A DNA stretch of 64,000 nt, from assembly GCA_030390025.1 (NCBI GenBank), contig CM059436.1:13330001-13394000 (forward strand), in the 5' to 3' direction. Below the pieces are notes generated by a model. That model was not told where the DNA came from, did not search any database, and saw nothing but the letters and a program-made list of their open reading frames with translations. Positions within the stretch are counted from its first letter, which is position 1; each line of letters begins with the position of its first letter. The position numbers were made by a program, and so were the translations under genes. The DNA is from Squalus acanthias (taxonomy: Eukaryota). Of this stretch, positions 1-12,455 are shown one piece after another.

Positions 1-812
1 CTCCATTCCCTAGCCACTGATTCCATCCCTTTCCTTAACATCTGTCTGAGACTGAACCACACTGTTCGCAACCTTGGTGTCATAATTGACCCTGAAATGA
101 GCTTCCGACCACATATCCGGGGCATAACTAAGACCGCCTATTTCCACCTCTGTAACATCGCCCATCGCCGCCCTTGCCTCAGCTCATCTGCTGCTGAAAC
201 CCTCATCCATGCCTTTGTTACTTCTAGACTTGACTATTCCAATGCACTCCTGTCTGGCCTCCCACATTCTACCCTACGTAAACTTAAGGTGATCCAAAAC
301 TCGGCTGCCCGTGTCCTAACTCGCACCAAGTCCTGCTCACCCATCACCCCTGTGCTCGCTGACCTACATTGGCTCCCGGTTAAGCAACGCCTCGATTTCA
401 AAATTCTCATCCTTGTTTTCAAATCCCTCCATGGCCTCACCCCATCCTATCTCTGTAATCTCCTTCAGCACCCCCCCCCCCCCCCCCCCCCCCCCCCAAG
501 ATATCTGCTCCTCTAATTCTGCCATATTGAGCACCCTGATGATAATCACTCAACCACTGGTGGCTGTGCCTTCTGTTGCCTCGGACCTAAGCTCTGGAAT
601 TCCCTGCCTAAATCTCTCCGCGCCTCTACTTCTCTTTACTCCTTTAAAACACTCCTTAAAACTTACCTCTGACCAAGCTTTTGGTCACCTGCCCTAATTT
701 CTCCTTATGTGGCTCGGTGTCAAATTTTTTGTCTTGCAACACTCCTGTGAAGCGCCTTGGGACGTTTTACCACGCTAAAGGTGCTATATAAATACAAGTG
801 GTTGTTGTTGTT
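1..812 (+). mobile_element. L2-clade LINE, 3' part (ORF2 C-terminus plus 3' tail)
   Basis: ORF 97-516 reads AAETLIHAFVTSRLDYSNALL...QNSAARVLT...LHWLPVKQRLDFKIL, typical of the L2 ORF2 C-terminus. It ends in the tail ...gctatataaatacaagtggttgttgttgtt. It lies in the last ADSS2 intron. Confidence 0.9.
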
Positions 813-1116
813 ACCGTCCTGTCCCAAAACAAAACAACAACAAAAATCTATGATTCTGGCAGGTTTTGTTGCTGTGTTTACACAGCAAGAGAACTTGGAT
901 CAAAAACAATCAGGCAACAGATGAACTGTGAGATTATAGTGGTGTCCCTTCACCCCACACATATTCTGCTGCAAGTGTGTTGGGGGTGGCTACGGTTGAA
1001 TTATCACTGTGTCTAGAGGAGAGAATCCCGACACTGTTGTGACATATGCTAACTCAGTAAATGATGTACTATACTTGTGATCTATAGCAAAACCAGTAGC
1101 TACTCTAGACACACAC

Positions 1117-1570
1117 AACCTTGCATTTCTATAGCGCCTTTCACAACCACCGGATGTCACAAAGTGCTTTACAGCCAATGAAGTAATTTCGAAGTGCAGT
1201 CACAGTTGTAATGTAGGAAATGCGGCGGCCAATTTTTGCACAGTAAGCTCCCACAAACAGCAATGTGATTTTAAAAAAACAGATTATCTGGTCATTGTGA
1301 TGTTGATTGAGGGATAAAGATTGGCCAGGACACCAGGGATAACTCCCCTGCTCTTCTTCGAAATAGTGCCATGGGATCTTTTGCATCCACCTGAGACAGC
1401 AGACAGGGCCTCGGTTTAAAATCTCATCCAAGAGACGGCACCTCTGACAGTGCAGCACTCCCTCAGTACTGCACTGGAGGGTCAGCCTAGATATTTTTTA
1501 TGTGCTGAAGTCTCTGGAGTGGGACTTGAACCCACAACCTTCTGACTCAGAGGCAAGGGTGCTACCACTC
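1117..1570 (-). mobile_element. tRNA-derived DeuSINE (SacSINE1-like) with L2-derived tail
   Basis: The minus strand has a B-box-like GGTTCAAGTCCC, the Deu-domain string AAAGATCCCATGGCACT, and a 3' tail (AAGGCGCTATAGAAATGCAAG) shared with the L2 copies. Confidence 0.85.
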
Positions 1571-1929
1571 TTGTTCTTGCTCATTTATTACCGGGTAGCA
1601 CATCTTTTGGATCGTTGGTTTTCTTAAATCTTGCCACTATCACTCGTTTTACACTATTGCGCTGTCTAAATTACCCCCAGTGTCTTCCCATCCTCTCTGA
1701 AACATTGACTATTTCAGGCTTACTTCCTTTTTCATTCTGTTCTTCCTCCAGAGTGTTTACATATATTCTTTTCACTGAGAACTGCCACCATGAGATCAGC
1801 TGTCTGTGTCTCTACTTCCCTTAATCACCCCAATCTATCCCCCTCTAAATCTGCTGCTCTCCTTTCGCTCGGCTCCAACCCTGACATTATTAAACCAGCT
1901 TTTTAAACACTTCACATATTTTCTCACGG

Positions 1930-2380
1930 GATCAGCCTTGGCTCGGTGATAGCTCTCCCACCTCAGAGTCAGCAGGTCGTGGGTTTAAGCCTCACTTCAG
2001 AGATTTGAGCGCGTAATCTAGGCTGGCAGTGCAGTGCTGAGGAGGTGCTGCACTGTCGGAAGTGCCATCTTTCAGATGTGGCATTAAACCGAGGGCTTGT
2101 CTGCCTCCTCAAAAAAGAGACATAAAAGATCCATGGCACTTTTCAAAGGAGTTCTCCCCAGTGTCCTGCCCAATATCTAACCCTTAACCAGCATTGATAA
2201 AATAGATAATCCGGTCAGTGATCACATTGCTGTTTGTGGGATCTTGCTGTGTGCAAATTGGCTGCAACGTTCCCTACATTACAAGAGTGACTGCACTTCA
2301 AAATGTACTTCATTGATTGTAAAGCCATCTGGGGTGTCCTGAGGTTGTGAAATGCGCTTATATAAATGCAAATTCTTTCT
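1930..2380 (+). mobile_element. DeuSINE (SacSINE1-like)
   Basis: Same family as 1117-1570 in the opposite orientation (gagtcagcaggtcgtgggttt...aaagatccatggcact...tataaatgcaaattcttt). Confidence 0.85.
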
Positions 2381-2480
2381 CCATTCTCTTTGTTGCTCTA
2401 GATTCATTCCGTGTTAAAATGTGTTAACTTGAGCAGAGCTGATGTGTCCTCTAATACAATAATGCTCTTTGTGCTTGCAG

Positions 2481-2533
2481 TTAAATGGATTGGGATCGGC
2501 AAGTCAAGAGAGTTGATGATCCAGCTGTTTTAG
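2481..2533 (+). CDS. ADSS2: Adenylosuccinate synthetase (non-muscle isozyme), last coding exon
   Basis: The acceptor ctctttgtgcttgcAG (AG at 2479-2480) is followed by a phase-1 exon TT AAA TGG ATT GGG ATC GGC AAG TCA AGA GAG TTG ATG ATC CAG CTG TTT TAG = (V)KWIGIGKSRELMIQLF*. This matches the ADSS C-terminus VKWIGVGKSRESMIQLF. ADSS2 rather than ADSS1 is inferred from synteny with ZBTB18. The earlier exons lie upstream of the window. Confidence 0.92.
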
Positions 2534-4194
2534 GATTGGTCTTGCCAAGAGGAGCTTGCTATCCCCAGAGTTAACTTCAGCGAGTTCAGATCTGGACATG
2601 TTGGGTCTTCAAATACCAAAATTAGTATTGTTTGTATCTGGCAGAAATGTAGGGAAGCACGCGCTCTGATTTTCGGTGGGGGAGAATGGGGGAGTTATTT
2701 CAAAAGTAACTTGTTGAAACTGCATTCAACATTCAAAAACCTTATACATTTCATTTTATTCAGGGATGGTTTAGTAATCTGCTGTCAATAAGTGTTAAGA
2801 ATTCATTGCTCTGACATATTGAGATTCAGTATAACTTACTGGCACTTGTTTGATTTTAGATGTACATTGGAGTCGTTTTTTTTAATCTAGCCTGAATTGC
2901 TGAATGTTTTTATTAAATTAATAACATTGAATCAAACTAAATGAAAAATTATTCCCTATACTTTGGAAGAATGTAGGAGTTTGTGATTGTTTTTTGGCCA
3001 GAGCTCTTTGACATTGGTTTCTCAGACTGGGGTTGACTATCATTTCCTCGCTTTATTCTGCAGTTGCTCTATTGACGGGGCAAGACCTTTCTGAGCTTTT
3101 TGCTGTGGGAAATGGTGCAAAACCTAATTATGGTACAAGTGACACAAATTGCAATAATTTTCAGACTATAGGCAGTGGATTAGAGGGTCAATACGTGTGA
3201 CCAAAGGGATCATGTGTTTGTCGCAGACAGATTTATTTCAATGATTCTTGCTCAAGGTCATGTACAAGGAAGAAGCAAATTGTACTATTTTATTTCTTTA
3301 AAAATTCTGTTCCACCCACACTTTCTGTTTCTCTAGAAAGGTAACTGACCCCCTCTTTTATGCTAGTAACCAGGAATGATTACAAGGTGGAGATCAAACT
3401 GGGGGTATCTGGTGTGTCGTTCATGGGGGAGGTTTAATTTAATTCTGTTATTTCGTTTTGCTGGCACCAGCAGTCAGGACAGATGTTGGCGAGCAGAGTG
3501 CTGCATGCCATTGAAGCGTAATAACATTTGCATTGAAGGATTAATGACTAGCATAAACTGAATGATTGTCAACAGTTGATTACTGGGAACAATACACTCG
3601 TTAATTATTAAAATCCTAAATAACAATGTACTGCAAATTTCAAAATGACAAAGGTAGGAGCGGTGGGGGTTCTTCCAAGAAGGCAACATTTCAGGTTGCC
3701 GGAGAGATGTCGGCAGCACTTGATCCTTTAGAAAGGATTCAAATGATGCTCTGCTTCCCCCTGCCCGATACAGTAGTCCCTCAGTGTTTTTTGGTCCCCA
3801 TTGTTTGGCGTTTTACTGATGTCAAAGTGCTGTTAGATGGCGGTGAGAAACTCAAACTAGGAAGTGAAGGTAAAAGGAGGGTGGAAATGTGATTCAGAAT
3901 TCAATGCAGAGTTTCACCAAGGGAGAGAGAGGGGAAAATATTGGCAATTCAACATAACTTAGTCACTTAAGTTTCCAGCTTATGAATCATTTGTGGAATA
4001 TGTACCTTTTTGTATGGACAAATCACTGGTCAATGTTGAACTATTGAATGTATTGGGAAAGTCCCAATTTAAATAAGCCTTTTTCCTTCAAACTTTGTAA
4101 CAACTGATTTGCTTTCCAAGCTTGTGGTGTTGTCCAATCCTTCCCATTAGCTCTTTTGTGCTCCCAGTTCAGTGTTGAACCACAACAGCTCAAA

Positions 4195-4400
4195 ATCATT
4201 AAGATCCTCGAATTTTACAGCCCATCGTGCCTGTGTCAGCTCTCTGAAGGAGCTATCCACTTAGTCCCATTCCCCTGCCTTTTCCCCATAGCTTTTTATA
4301 TTTTAAAAATATTTTTCCGCTTCATTTTAAAAGCTATTACGGATTCAGTTTCCGGTAGAGTATTCCAAGTTTTAACAAGCCTCCTGTGTATACTTTTTTT
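4195..4400 (-). mobile_element. Degraded CR1 LINE 3' end fragment
   Basis: cccatcgtgcctgtgtcagctctctgaaggagctatccacttagtccc resembles the reverse complement of the CR1 3' ends at ~17990-18080 and ~25900-25980. Confidence 0.55.
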
Positions 4401-5063
4401 TTAATTGCAAAAAATTCGAATCTCTCCCAACACTGGCACTCACGCAGAAGAACACTTCAGTACTATTTGTAACGCTGGACCAGTACGCATGTCACTTTCC
4501 TAATCTTGCAGAATTCAGCAAACATGTATCCTTGAAGATGAGGAAGGGTGGGGCCTGTAAGTGATGGTTAGTTGCCTGCACCAGCCTGTATAGCATTTTT
4601 AACCTGGTAAACTTCATCCGGTGAAACCCGACACTTGTCCGTGTTCTTTTTTTGTTTAAAAAAAAAATTTGTGTGAAGATATTGTAAAAGCTTCCAATTT
4701 GGTCTGTCCCACAGGTTTGTTTTCATCAGATTTACACGAGATTAATGCAGATTTGCACAGTTTCTTTGCCACGTTAACTGTTCTCTAAAGATTGTTTTCC
4801 TATGTTTCTGCCTACTGAACTGTTCTTTGGAAGAATGTAAAGAACATGTCAGTAACTCTGTTGCACTGTAAATACTTAAGACGGCTGGTGTGCAGGATAT
4901 GTTCTCGGGTGGGGGTGGGGGATCCATGTATAATATGCATGGATGATTAAATTGTATGTGTACAGGCTGTAAGTGTTTTACTTTGTAAATTATGCAACTG
5001 TTGTCTTTTTAAACACATAACTATTGAAATTTTGGGTAGGCTGGTAAGAACTTATCTACAGAA

Positions 5064-5069
5064 AATAAA
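5064..5069 (+). terminator. Candidate polyadenylation signal of ADSS2 (3'UTR ~2534-5085)
   Basis: AATAAA followed ~20 nt later by a U/GU-rich element (ctctttgtctctgtttatttt). Weaker ATTAAA alternatives occur at 2912 and 4946. Confidence 0.5.
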
Positions 5070-5712
5070 TTCTGCAACGTAAAACCCTCTTTGTCTCTGT
5101 TTATTTTGACCTGTGGTCCTTGAAGACAAGGATGTCTTGCATTGTGCTATGTAAGCAGCGTTCCTCAAGTGTTGGAGCTCCTTTTTAACATTGCAGTCAC
5201 TTGGTGGGATTGCATTAAAATGTGTACATGGGTTTAATTGCAGTAATGGCCATGTCAGATTAGTTTTGTGATTGGTTTATCTGTATCTCTCATTCTGCTG
5301 TTGACCAACTTGTGCATTTTGCAGAAACTAAAATTATTACATGTAAATTTTCTCTCTTCATTCCTCTTATTTTGTTGAACATTAGTTAATTGTTTTAGGC
5401 CAGCAGATGATTTTAGAGCAACTGGGTGTACCTACAATGTGTATATGTATAATATACAGTATATTGGTGTGTGTGTGTTTGTGCGTATGCAGATTCTCCC
5501 ACTTGTCCGCTTTCATTCCTTGGAAGAGCTGAGAACCTGGGAAAAACAGTATAAATAGGGTTTACATCGTTTTTCTGAGGTTTTAGTGGCTCTTCTGCCA
5601 GAAGCTACGGCGCGGAGTGAGAACCACCACATATATTCACGTACGTGTCTGTCTGTCTGTCTTATGGAAACTGCAGTGATAACTCTTAAACATACTATCC
5701 CATTTGTATGAC

Positions 5713-6022
5713 AACACGGTGGCATAGTGGTTAGCACTGTTACCTCACAGCGCCAGGGACCCGGGTTCGAATCCGGCCTCGGGTGACTGTCTGTGTGGAG
5801 TTTGCACATTCTCCCCGTGTCTGCGTGGGTTTCCTCCGGGTGCTCTGGTTTCCTCCCACAGTCCAAAGATGTGCGGGTTAGGTTGATTTGGCTATGATAA
5901 ATTGACCCGTAGTGTTAGGGGGGATTAAATATGTGGGGTTACGGGGATAGGGTGGGATATGTGTCGGTGCAGGCTCGATTGGCCGAAATGGCCTCTATCT
6001 GCACTGTGGGGATTCTGTGATT
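5713..6022 (+). mobile_element. HE1-type V-SINE
   Basis: tRNA head (A-box GGTGGCATAGTGG, B-box GGTTCGAATCC), V-domain tgtgtggagtttgcacattctccccgtgtctgcgtgggtttcctccgggtgct, and a CR1-like tail. Confidence 0.9.
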
Positions 6023-7879
6023 TATAACATATCCAAGAAGGATAATTGGTTTGAAGTGCTTTACAAGATGATCTTTAATACAAATACACCTACATACAGA
6101 GACTGACTTGCCATGAACTTGAACGGTCTAGCTCCAGAAGCAGTGTATTACATATTGCACACACCCCAGTCTGTTACTACTACTTGTCTTTGAGATCAAA
6201 TTCAATATCAAAACACACCAATCCTATTCCAGACATATCGAGCTGAATTGGCAGGGTGTCCAAATAGCTTGCTTTACTTTATTTAAAGAGAATCACCAAG
6301 AAAGCCAAGAGTCCACTTAAAAATTATTAAATAGGGTATGGATTTTGAGAAACCGAACTAGTAGCAGCAACGTTGCTTCAATAATTCTACTATCAAGGAA
6401 ACATTGTTTTTTAAGTTTTTTTTTCCAGTTTTCAAAATACAGATTTCTGTACTATTTTTACAAAAATATTTTGTCTTGCTGATGCTGAAGAGAAGTAAGA
6501 TAATGTAAGTGGCCTTCTGTCTCTGGCACCAAGTCACTGGATGGCCATCTACAGAAGGCTACAATTCAAACTCCAGCCTCCACTGACAGGTGTCAATGAG
6601 CAAATTTCAGTGGCTTTTGGCTGGTCCACTAGATTTTTATTCTTTTAATTGGGAAAACCGGGAGAAGGGCTAAGGCCCATAGTAGAGAACAACATCAATG
6701 TTGGAAAGAGATGTGATGAATCAGGAGGTAGTGATTGGGTGGATAAGTTTAGATTTTAAAAGTTTGAAGATTGTAGAAGAAAGACAGGGAGGTAAGGATT
6801 TTTGAGGTCTTGAAGAATGAGTGAGGTTAAAAAAGGAGCACGCCATTGTAACAGCACTCCAGCTGGGCAGAGAGAGAAGTGGGCATCCTGTTGGCTGATC
6901 AGAGCAACTTCAGCTGGTGCGGAGAAGCCCGTAGCCCAGAGTGATTTTCCCCTTGTGCAACCCCCACCCACCCTGGGCAAGCTGGAGAAGGAGCTGTGTT
7001 GGTGGGGACCTAATGGTCTTAAGGATATCAATTGCGTTGTTGAATCATTTTGCAAAATATTTTGAGAATTTCAACCTATGTTGATACCACTTGGTGCAAA
7101 AGGAACATTTTTATACTGCAATGCAAACTTTTCAAATTTACGGAGGGGATTTTTGGTGTTGGAAGTGATAGTCTCAGTCCAGTTCTCCACCTTCCCAAAT
7201 GCTCCCTTACCAGAAAGCATCCAGCAACCCTAAGTTCAGTTGTATATGCACTCCAGTGACAATCGTACACCAAGCCTACCCCAGTATAACTTGTTACGGC
7301 AGTCTACCTGTCGCCACGCCACGAACCCCCAGCCCAAGGAACAGAACAGAACTCTTAACTGTAGCAACAGGCAAACCTCTAAAACTAATGCAGGAGAATA
7401 CAACCCTGCAATATAAAGAACTAAAATGTCTTGGAAAATATTGCATTCATTGTTGGAATCACTCATCCTAGTTTAAGTGCCAAAAGCACAGATTAAAAAA
7501 TGTTCACAGTTACTAGACTGCTGATGTGGTAAAATGTTTTACCATTCTTTGCAAATGATACATGATAGTTTAAAGATGTCCATAAGTGGGAACAACTTGC
7601 TCCAGATAAGAAAGCATGACAAAGAAAACATCCTACTATGAGGCCCATTGCTGATGCCGAATGTAAACGCCATCTGAGGAAGACTCGCTCATAAAATCAA
7701 CATTCCCAACCTGGTCTATCCGGATCCACTGTTCACTGCGGGCACTCACTCCCAGCAAAAATCAGACTCGTCAGCCATCAAAGAACTCACTGCAGAAAAT
7801 GAGATGATATTCTGTCTGTCTTCAATATCGAAAGATGAACGAATTGCAGGAATTGGACAAAAAAGTTCTCTGTGTTAGG

Positions 7880-8076
7880 TAGTGATTTTCAAACTTTTTT
7901 ATGTGTAGGATCCCCTGGAAATATATCACACTTTTGTCCTAATCTCCCAAAAACAACTGCCCAAAAGTTAACTCTTATCCATGCAATAATTGTTTTTTAA
8001 ATTAGTGTACAACAGAAATGGTGTGCTGCCAAGTTGCAAAACGCAAGCCTTGTGGATCCTAGTTTGTAAAGCTATT
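7880..8076. mobile_element. Possible degenerate hAT-like MITE
   Basis: Imperfect terminal inverted repeats tagtgattttcaaact / agtttgtaaagctatt resemble hAT-Charlie ends. No clear TSD. Confidence 0.35.
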
Positions 8077-8801
8077 ATATTAAGAATTTCCTTCAACATA
8101 TAGTTATTAAATTTTCATGTTTTGACATGCAAGTTCTTCTTGGAGAAAATGTAATGTTCTTTGCTTAGTTGATGGGCACCAGATGTTTTGTAGATTTTAA
8201 GAACGTTGGAGAGGATCAGTGTGTGGTGTTGGTGTGTACGTCATATTCTGCAAATTAAAGGCACAGTTTACAAGATTAAGATCCACTTTAACTAAATAAA
8301 TTCAATTTAAAACAAAAAAATTGATTTTCTGCAGCACTTTGGATGTACAGCAATAACCAAGTTGAAAACGTGGGGCAAGTGGCACAATCCCTTTGAGCCA
8401 TTTTACTTTGCTGATTTTATAGTGGCATTTATATAACTGTCCCTTCTCACATTATAGAGACAGTATCATAAGCTGAAAATCTGCTGTTTTCCCTCCGTGT
8501 TATTGCCTGGCTTACTCCTCGCTGAATACAAAACTTTTGCTGTTAATTTACTTCACAACAGGAAGTCAACATGTTGCCATTTCACCTCTGTCCGTGCAAA
8601 TTGGATTAATGCAAAATTGCTATACAAATGGGGAGGAAAAACAATGTAGAAGTAACAAAGCTATCTATAAAATGAGATAGTTGCTTGTCTTATGGAGCTT
8701 TTAGTGTCGGTCTTTTCCATTTTGATTCAGGAATTGGCAAAATGGCTAGTTGAGTGTATTTTACATCGCCATCAATTCACCGGTAGGGGCGCGGGTCATT
8801 C

Positions 8802-8968
8802 CTAGACTAACCTTAAAGTGGTCACGTTACATAGTTTCTTGCAGACTAACGCTTGGAGTTGTTCTCTTGCTTTTAACAATTTTATAGGACTTGGATTTAG
8901 CAGACAAGGTTGACCTACAATTTGATTGATTTTGTTCTGATAGTGTGTGTTTCAGCCCAGAATCTTGG
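8802..8968 (-). pseudogene. SPMIP3: C1orf100/SPMIP3 homolog, candidate terminal exon
   Basis: The minus frame reads KINQIVGQPCLLNPSPIKLL...*, against recalled human WNQKLATVSLNPRPLNSL. Acceptor options are exon start 8968 (phase 1, includes an in-frame TGA) or 8936 (phase 0, weak pyrimidine tract). Stop TAG is at 8802-8804. Confidence 0.4.
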
Positions 8969-9010
8969 CTAAGAAGAATTTTCACCTCCTGGTTTAGACT
9001 CCCGTGATTT

Positions 9011-9376
9011 AAGAACATAACATAAGAAGTAGGAGTAGGCCATATGGCCCCTCGGGCCTGCTCCACCATTCAATAGGATCATGGCTGATCTGAACCTAGA
9101 CTCACGTCCACTTCCCTGCCCGCTCCCCATAACCCTTAATTCCCTTATCAGCTAGGAAACTGTCTATCTCCATTTTAAATTTATTTAATGTCGCAGCTTC
9201 CACAGCTCTCTGAGGTAGCAAATTCCATAGATTTACTACCCTCTGAGTGAAGAAGTTTCTCCTCATCTCAGTTTTGAAACGGCAGCCCCTTATTCTAAGA
9301 TTATGCCCCCTAGTTCTAGTCTCACCCATCAGTGGAAACATCCTCCACCCGATCAAGCCCCCTCACAATCTTATAT
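9011..9376 (-). mobile_element. CR1 LINE 3' end
   Basis: ORF 9102-9356 reads TRTRGHNLRIRG...RRNFFTQRVVNLWNLLP, the CR1 ORF2 C-terminus, followed by the tail ...cttatgttatgttctt. Confidence 0.9.
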
Positions 9377-9764
9377 TTGGGGGGGGATTACCTTGTGGGC
9401 CTGCTTCTGACCTTCAAATGTAAACATTCTTTGTATTCCAAGATCACCCCAACCCGTGCTTCCATCCTTCATTGGTTACATTATTCTTGTGTTTTTATTG
9501 TGCTTATCACGAAAGTTTTTATGTTCTGCTTTTTGGAAAACAACCCAGGAGAGAAACCTTGTTACGATACAATGACACAGAGTTCTGTAGGCACTGTCCC
9601 TGAATTATAATGTCAACATTTTTTTAAAAGGACAATGTCCTGCGACTTCTCTTCTCCCTTCCTTGTTGTCAGCCCGGGCTTACTATTGCAGTACATGAAC
9701 AATGCCTCAATTGGAAAATAACACAGATGCTGCAAGGCAGGCGCGGTACTCTTGCCATATTTAC

Positions 9765-9936
9765 CAGGGTTGAGATAGAAGCTGAAAGCTTCCTGGTAGG
9801 TTGTCTGGATCCACTGCTTGTTCTATAAATATCTTTCCAAACTTGAACATTGCGTAAAGTTTGCAGGTCGAAGCTACAAGCGTGTTTAACCGCATTGGTC
9901 AACTGCGACTGCATCACAGAACTTGCTGGTTTAGTC
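9765..9936 (-). pseudogene. SPMIP3: C1orf100/SPMIP3 homolog, internal exon with apparent frameshift
   Basis: Strong acceptor (tcttttcttccattttactttgatttcaAG) and a GTAAAT donor. The frame continuing from the previous exon gives (R)TKPASSVMQSQLTNAVKHACSFDLQTL, 27 residues to D.QTL, the same spacing as recalled human (R)APRP...LDQQTL. A shifted frame gives KQWIQTTYQEAFS, against human PWYKETTYRRDYS. Confidence 0.65.
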
Positions 9937-10849
9937 CTTGAAATCAAAGTAAAATGGAAGAAAAGAGAGTATCTGCAACATTCTTTCAAAACAATTAAAA
10001 TTGTCACAATGGACCATTGTAAAACTGCTATTTAATTTGTTAAAGGTCCCAACTGCATATATATTAAAACTGACTCTGCTTATTATGTGTAGTCCACCCC
10101 AGATGGATTCACAGTAATCCTCGCAATTTGATTTACTTTGATCACTGAACAATCTGCTTTTAAATTGGTGTAATCCCAATTGGTGTTTGATTCTAATTTG
10201 CTCTTTCTGAAATCTGATATAGGCAAATTCTGATAAATCTTTAGTACAGTTCGTCTTTGGAAACTTGGAGTTCAGCTTTCCACTGTTTATCCGTGAATAA
10301 TGGAACATTTTATTGAGCTAACTTCTATGTGGTGTTGACTAGAGACTAACTAATAACTAGTTAATGGAATCTACTCTTAATTCAAACTTGATTAATTCAA
10401 ATTCTGAAAATTTCATTTTGTTAGCACTAAAATCAAACTTTGCTACTGTTTACTTAGTTCAAATCATTGGATAATTCTAATTTTTCTAGTGTAAAAAAAA
10501 ATGGCCCTGAATTATCGGGTAAGAGTTAAAACTTTCTTTCCTGCCGCAAATTGTCCAGCGGAAATCCGATGGAACTGCCTGGGAAAAGGGCTGGATGCGC
10601 AGAATCCCGACCTTGGTTGAGAAATCCTGTCCGGCCTTGCTAGTCACAGAGCCTCCACCTGTCCCTTACAAGGCTGGTCACGTTGGAGGAGATGGGGCTG
10701 GGGGCTGAGACTCCCTATACTGGGAGTTTTCACTTCCCAGGCTCATAAGGGACCTGACAATACAGGAGGCTGGTATGCTAAGTCAGATGAGGTCTACTAG
10801 CCTCCTAAAGGATGCAGGTGAGCCCCATCAGGAATCTAGGCTAGGGAAA

Positions 10850-11015
10850 TTTAGCATAAATGCATTTAAGGGAAACCTAGACAAGTACATGAGGGAGAAA
10901 GGAATAGAAGGATATGCTGATAAGATCAGATGAAGTAGGGTGGGAGGAGGCTATAGTGGAGCATAAACATCAGTATAGACCAGTTGGGCCGAATGTCCTG
11001 TTTTTGTGCTGTAAC
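10850..11015 (+). mobile_element. CR1 LINE 3' end fragment
   Basis: aatgcatttaagggaaacctagacaagtacatgagggagaaaggaatagaagg...gtggagcataaac, same family as 32348-33750. Confidence 0.8.
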
Positions 11016-12267
11016 TCTACGTAAAAGTGTAACAAATGATCTGGACCCTTGAAGACGTGGAAATCTTTTTTAGTCTCAAAGTGCCCTCTTACATGGGGCT
11101 GAAGGTGTGGGCAGAGGCTGTAAGAGGTTTCCATGGAGGCCAAACGACGGAGTTTCTAGCAGCATAGAGCAGGTGGGTGCCTGAGATGCACCTGTAGCAA
11201 TGTGGGTGCCTGTCAACCTCATGCAAATGTGGTGCCCTCGCAATGACCCAGAAAACACCAGAAGGGGCAACGCTGGTGTAATTGTTGGGATTGTGGCCAG
11301 CAAATTTTCCACCCCGCTATTTTTTTTTGTATCTTCTAAATGACTGTTGGATTTCTTTGCCTTCTGACTGGTCTCTGCTAACCACAGGATATCAGTCAAG
11401 TGGTTAGAAAAGTCCACAGATCAGATCCAGGACAATGTAGGCGGGACCAACTGAGAGGTTAAGTGGAAAGAATTCTAACCATTTAAGAGTAAGTAACTGA
11501 AAGTTAGTTGTAGTAACTGTAAGCGTTTAAAAATTAACATTTCATTCTGAAATCTTAACTGTGTTGGAGGCCTGAGGCAGGACAAGCCTGGGACTCAAGT
11601 TTAGAAATAAACCCAGTCAGTGATATCTGCTGCTGAGGTCTACCTTAATCCCTATTAAAAAAAAAACCCTGTAAAATTCTGCTGAGTACAGATATTTTAA
11701 ACTATTGCTGGAAATTGTTCATAATGAAGCCTAACATAAATAGGTATCAAATACAGTTCAGAATTTCCTTGGCAACAATGTGTAGCATTACCTGATCCAC
11801 TCTTGCACTAATTCCAGTTTCCACAGCATTCGTAATGGCTTCATTGAGGAAATTGTCCCATTAGTGCTGAATTATAGGTAGTTTGTGCCCTGGGCCTTGT
11901 TCAAGCTTACTTTACTTGCTCTTAATTGCCCCAAGAGATGGAAGATGTTCATCCTTTCTGTCTGTGCCGAATTTAAAATCAGGTCCCAGAAGAGAGAGGC
12001 AATATTCTAGATCACGCAATTCCCTGTTCTACTCTTAATTCAAAGTCTTTAAATTTAATTGATCTGATCATTTGTTTTAAATGCAAAATTCCTGCCTTGC
12101 TGTGTTATTTAGGTTGTTTAATTAAAAATTATTGGATAATTACTTTTTTTTTTATTGCAATAACAACTTTGAGTTATCAGGAGGACACTAATTGCATTTG
12201 CACACTCTGAAGAGGATCAATTCTGTAGCTTTCTTAGGACGATGTGTACATGCGTTGGTTGCCTTAC

Positions 12268-12351
12268 CTATTCCCCTGTGAACAAGTAATGTGTACTCAG
12301 CCTATCTGACCAGGATACATGCCCCAAACATCTCTCCCATGCCAGCTCGTG
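12268..12351 (-). pseudogene. SPMIP3: C1orf100/SPMIP3 homolog, 84-nt exon with premature stop
   Basis: AG acceptor (12353-12352) and GTAAGG donor (from 12267). Translation TSWHGRDVWGMYPGQIG*VHITCSQGN(R) aligns to recalled human [27 protein letters not shown]. The TGA at 12297-12299 replaces Arg. The phase-2 end joins the 9936 exon in frame. Confidence 0.8.
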
Positions 12352-12455
12352 CTGTCGAGAATAAGAAACATCCATCCATAGATTCTTCCACATTCTTAAC
12401 AACAAAATGTCTATTGTATTATAAGTAGCTAAGACAATCCAAACTTCAAAATACT

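Noticed and set aside
471-497. 27-nt poly-C encoding poly-Pro
   Set aside because: Homopolymer expansion (or assembly artefact) inside an L2 copy. Sister copies have a short C-rich sequence here.
5713-5790. tRNA gene
   Set aside because: The A and B boxes are the head of a V-SINE, with no complete cloverleaf. The same applies to the DeuSINE heads.
5513-5866. Recurrent ORF MDCGRKPEHPEETHADTGRMCKLHTDS (also 27004-27273)
   Set aside because: Antisense translation of the V-SINE core, a common false gene prediction in fish genomes.
12297-12299. In-frame TGA as selenocysteine or programmed readthrough
   Set aside because: It aligns to Arg rather than Cys, CGA>TGA decay explains it, there is a second lesion downstream, and I identified no SECIS.
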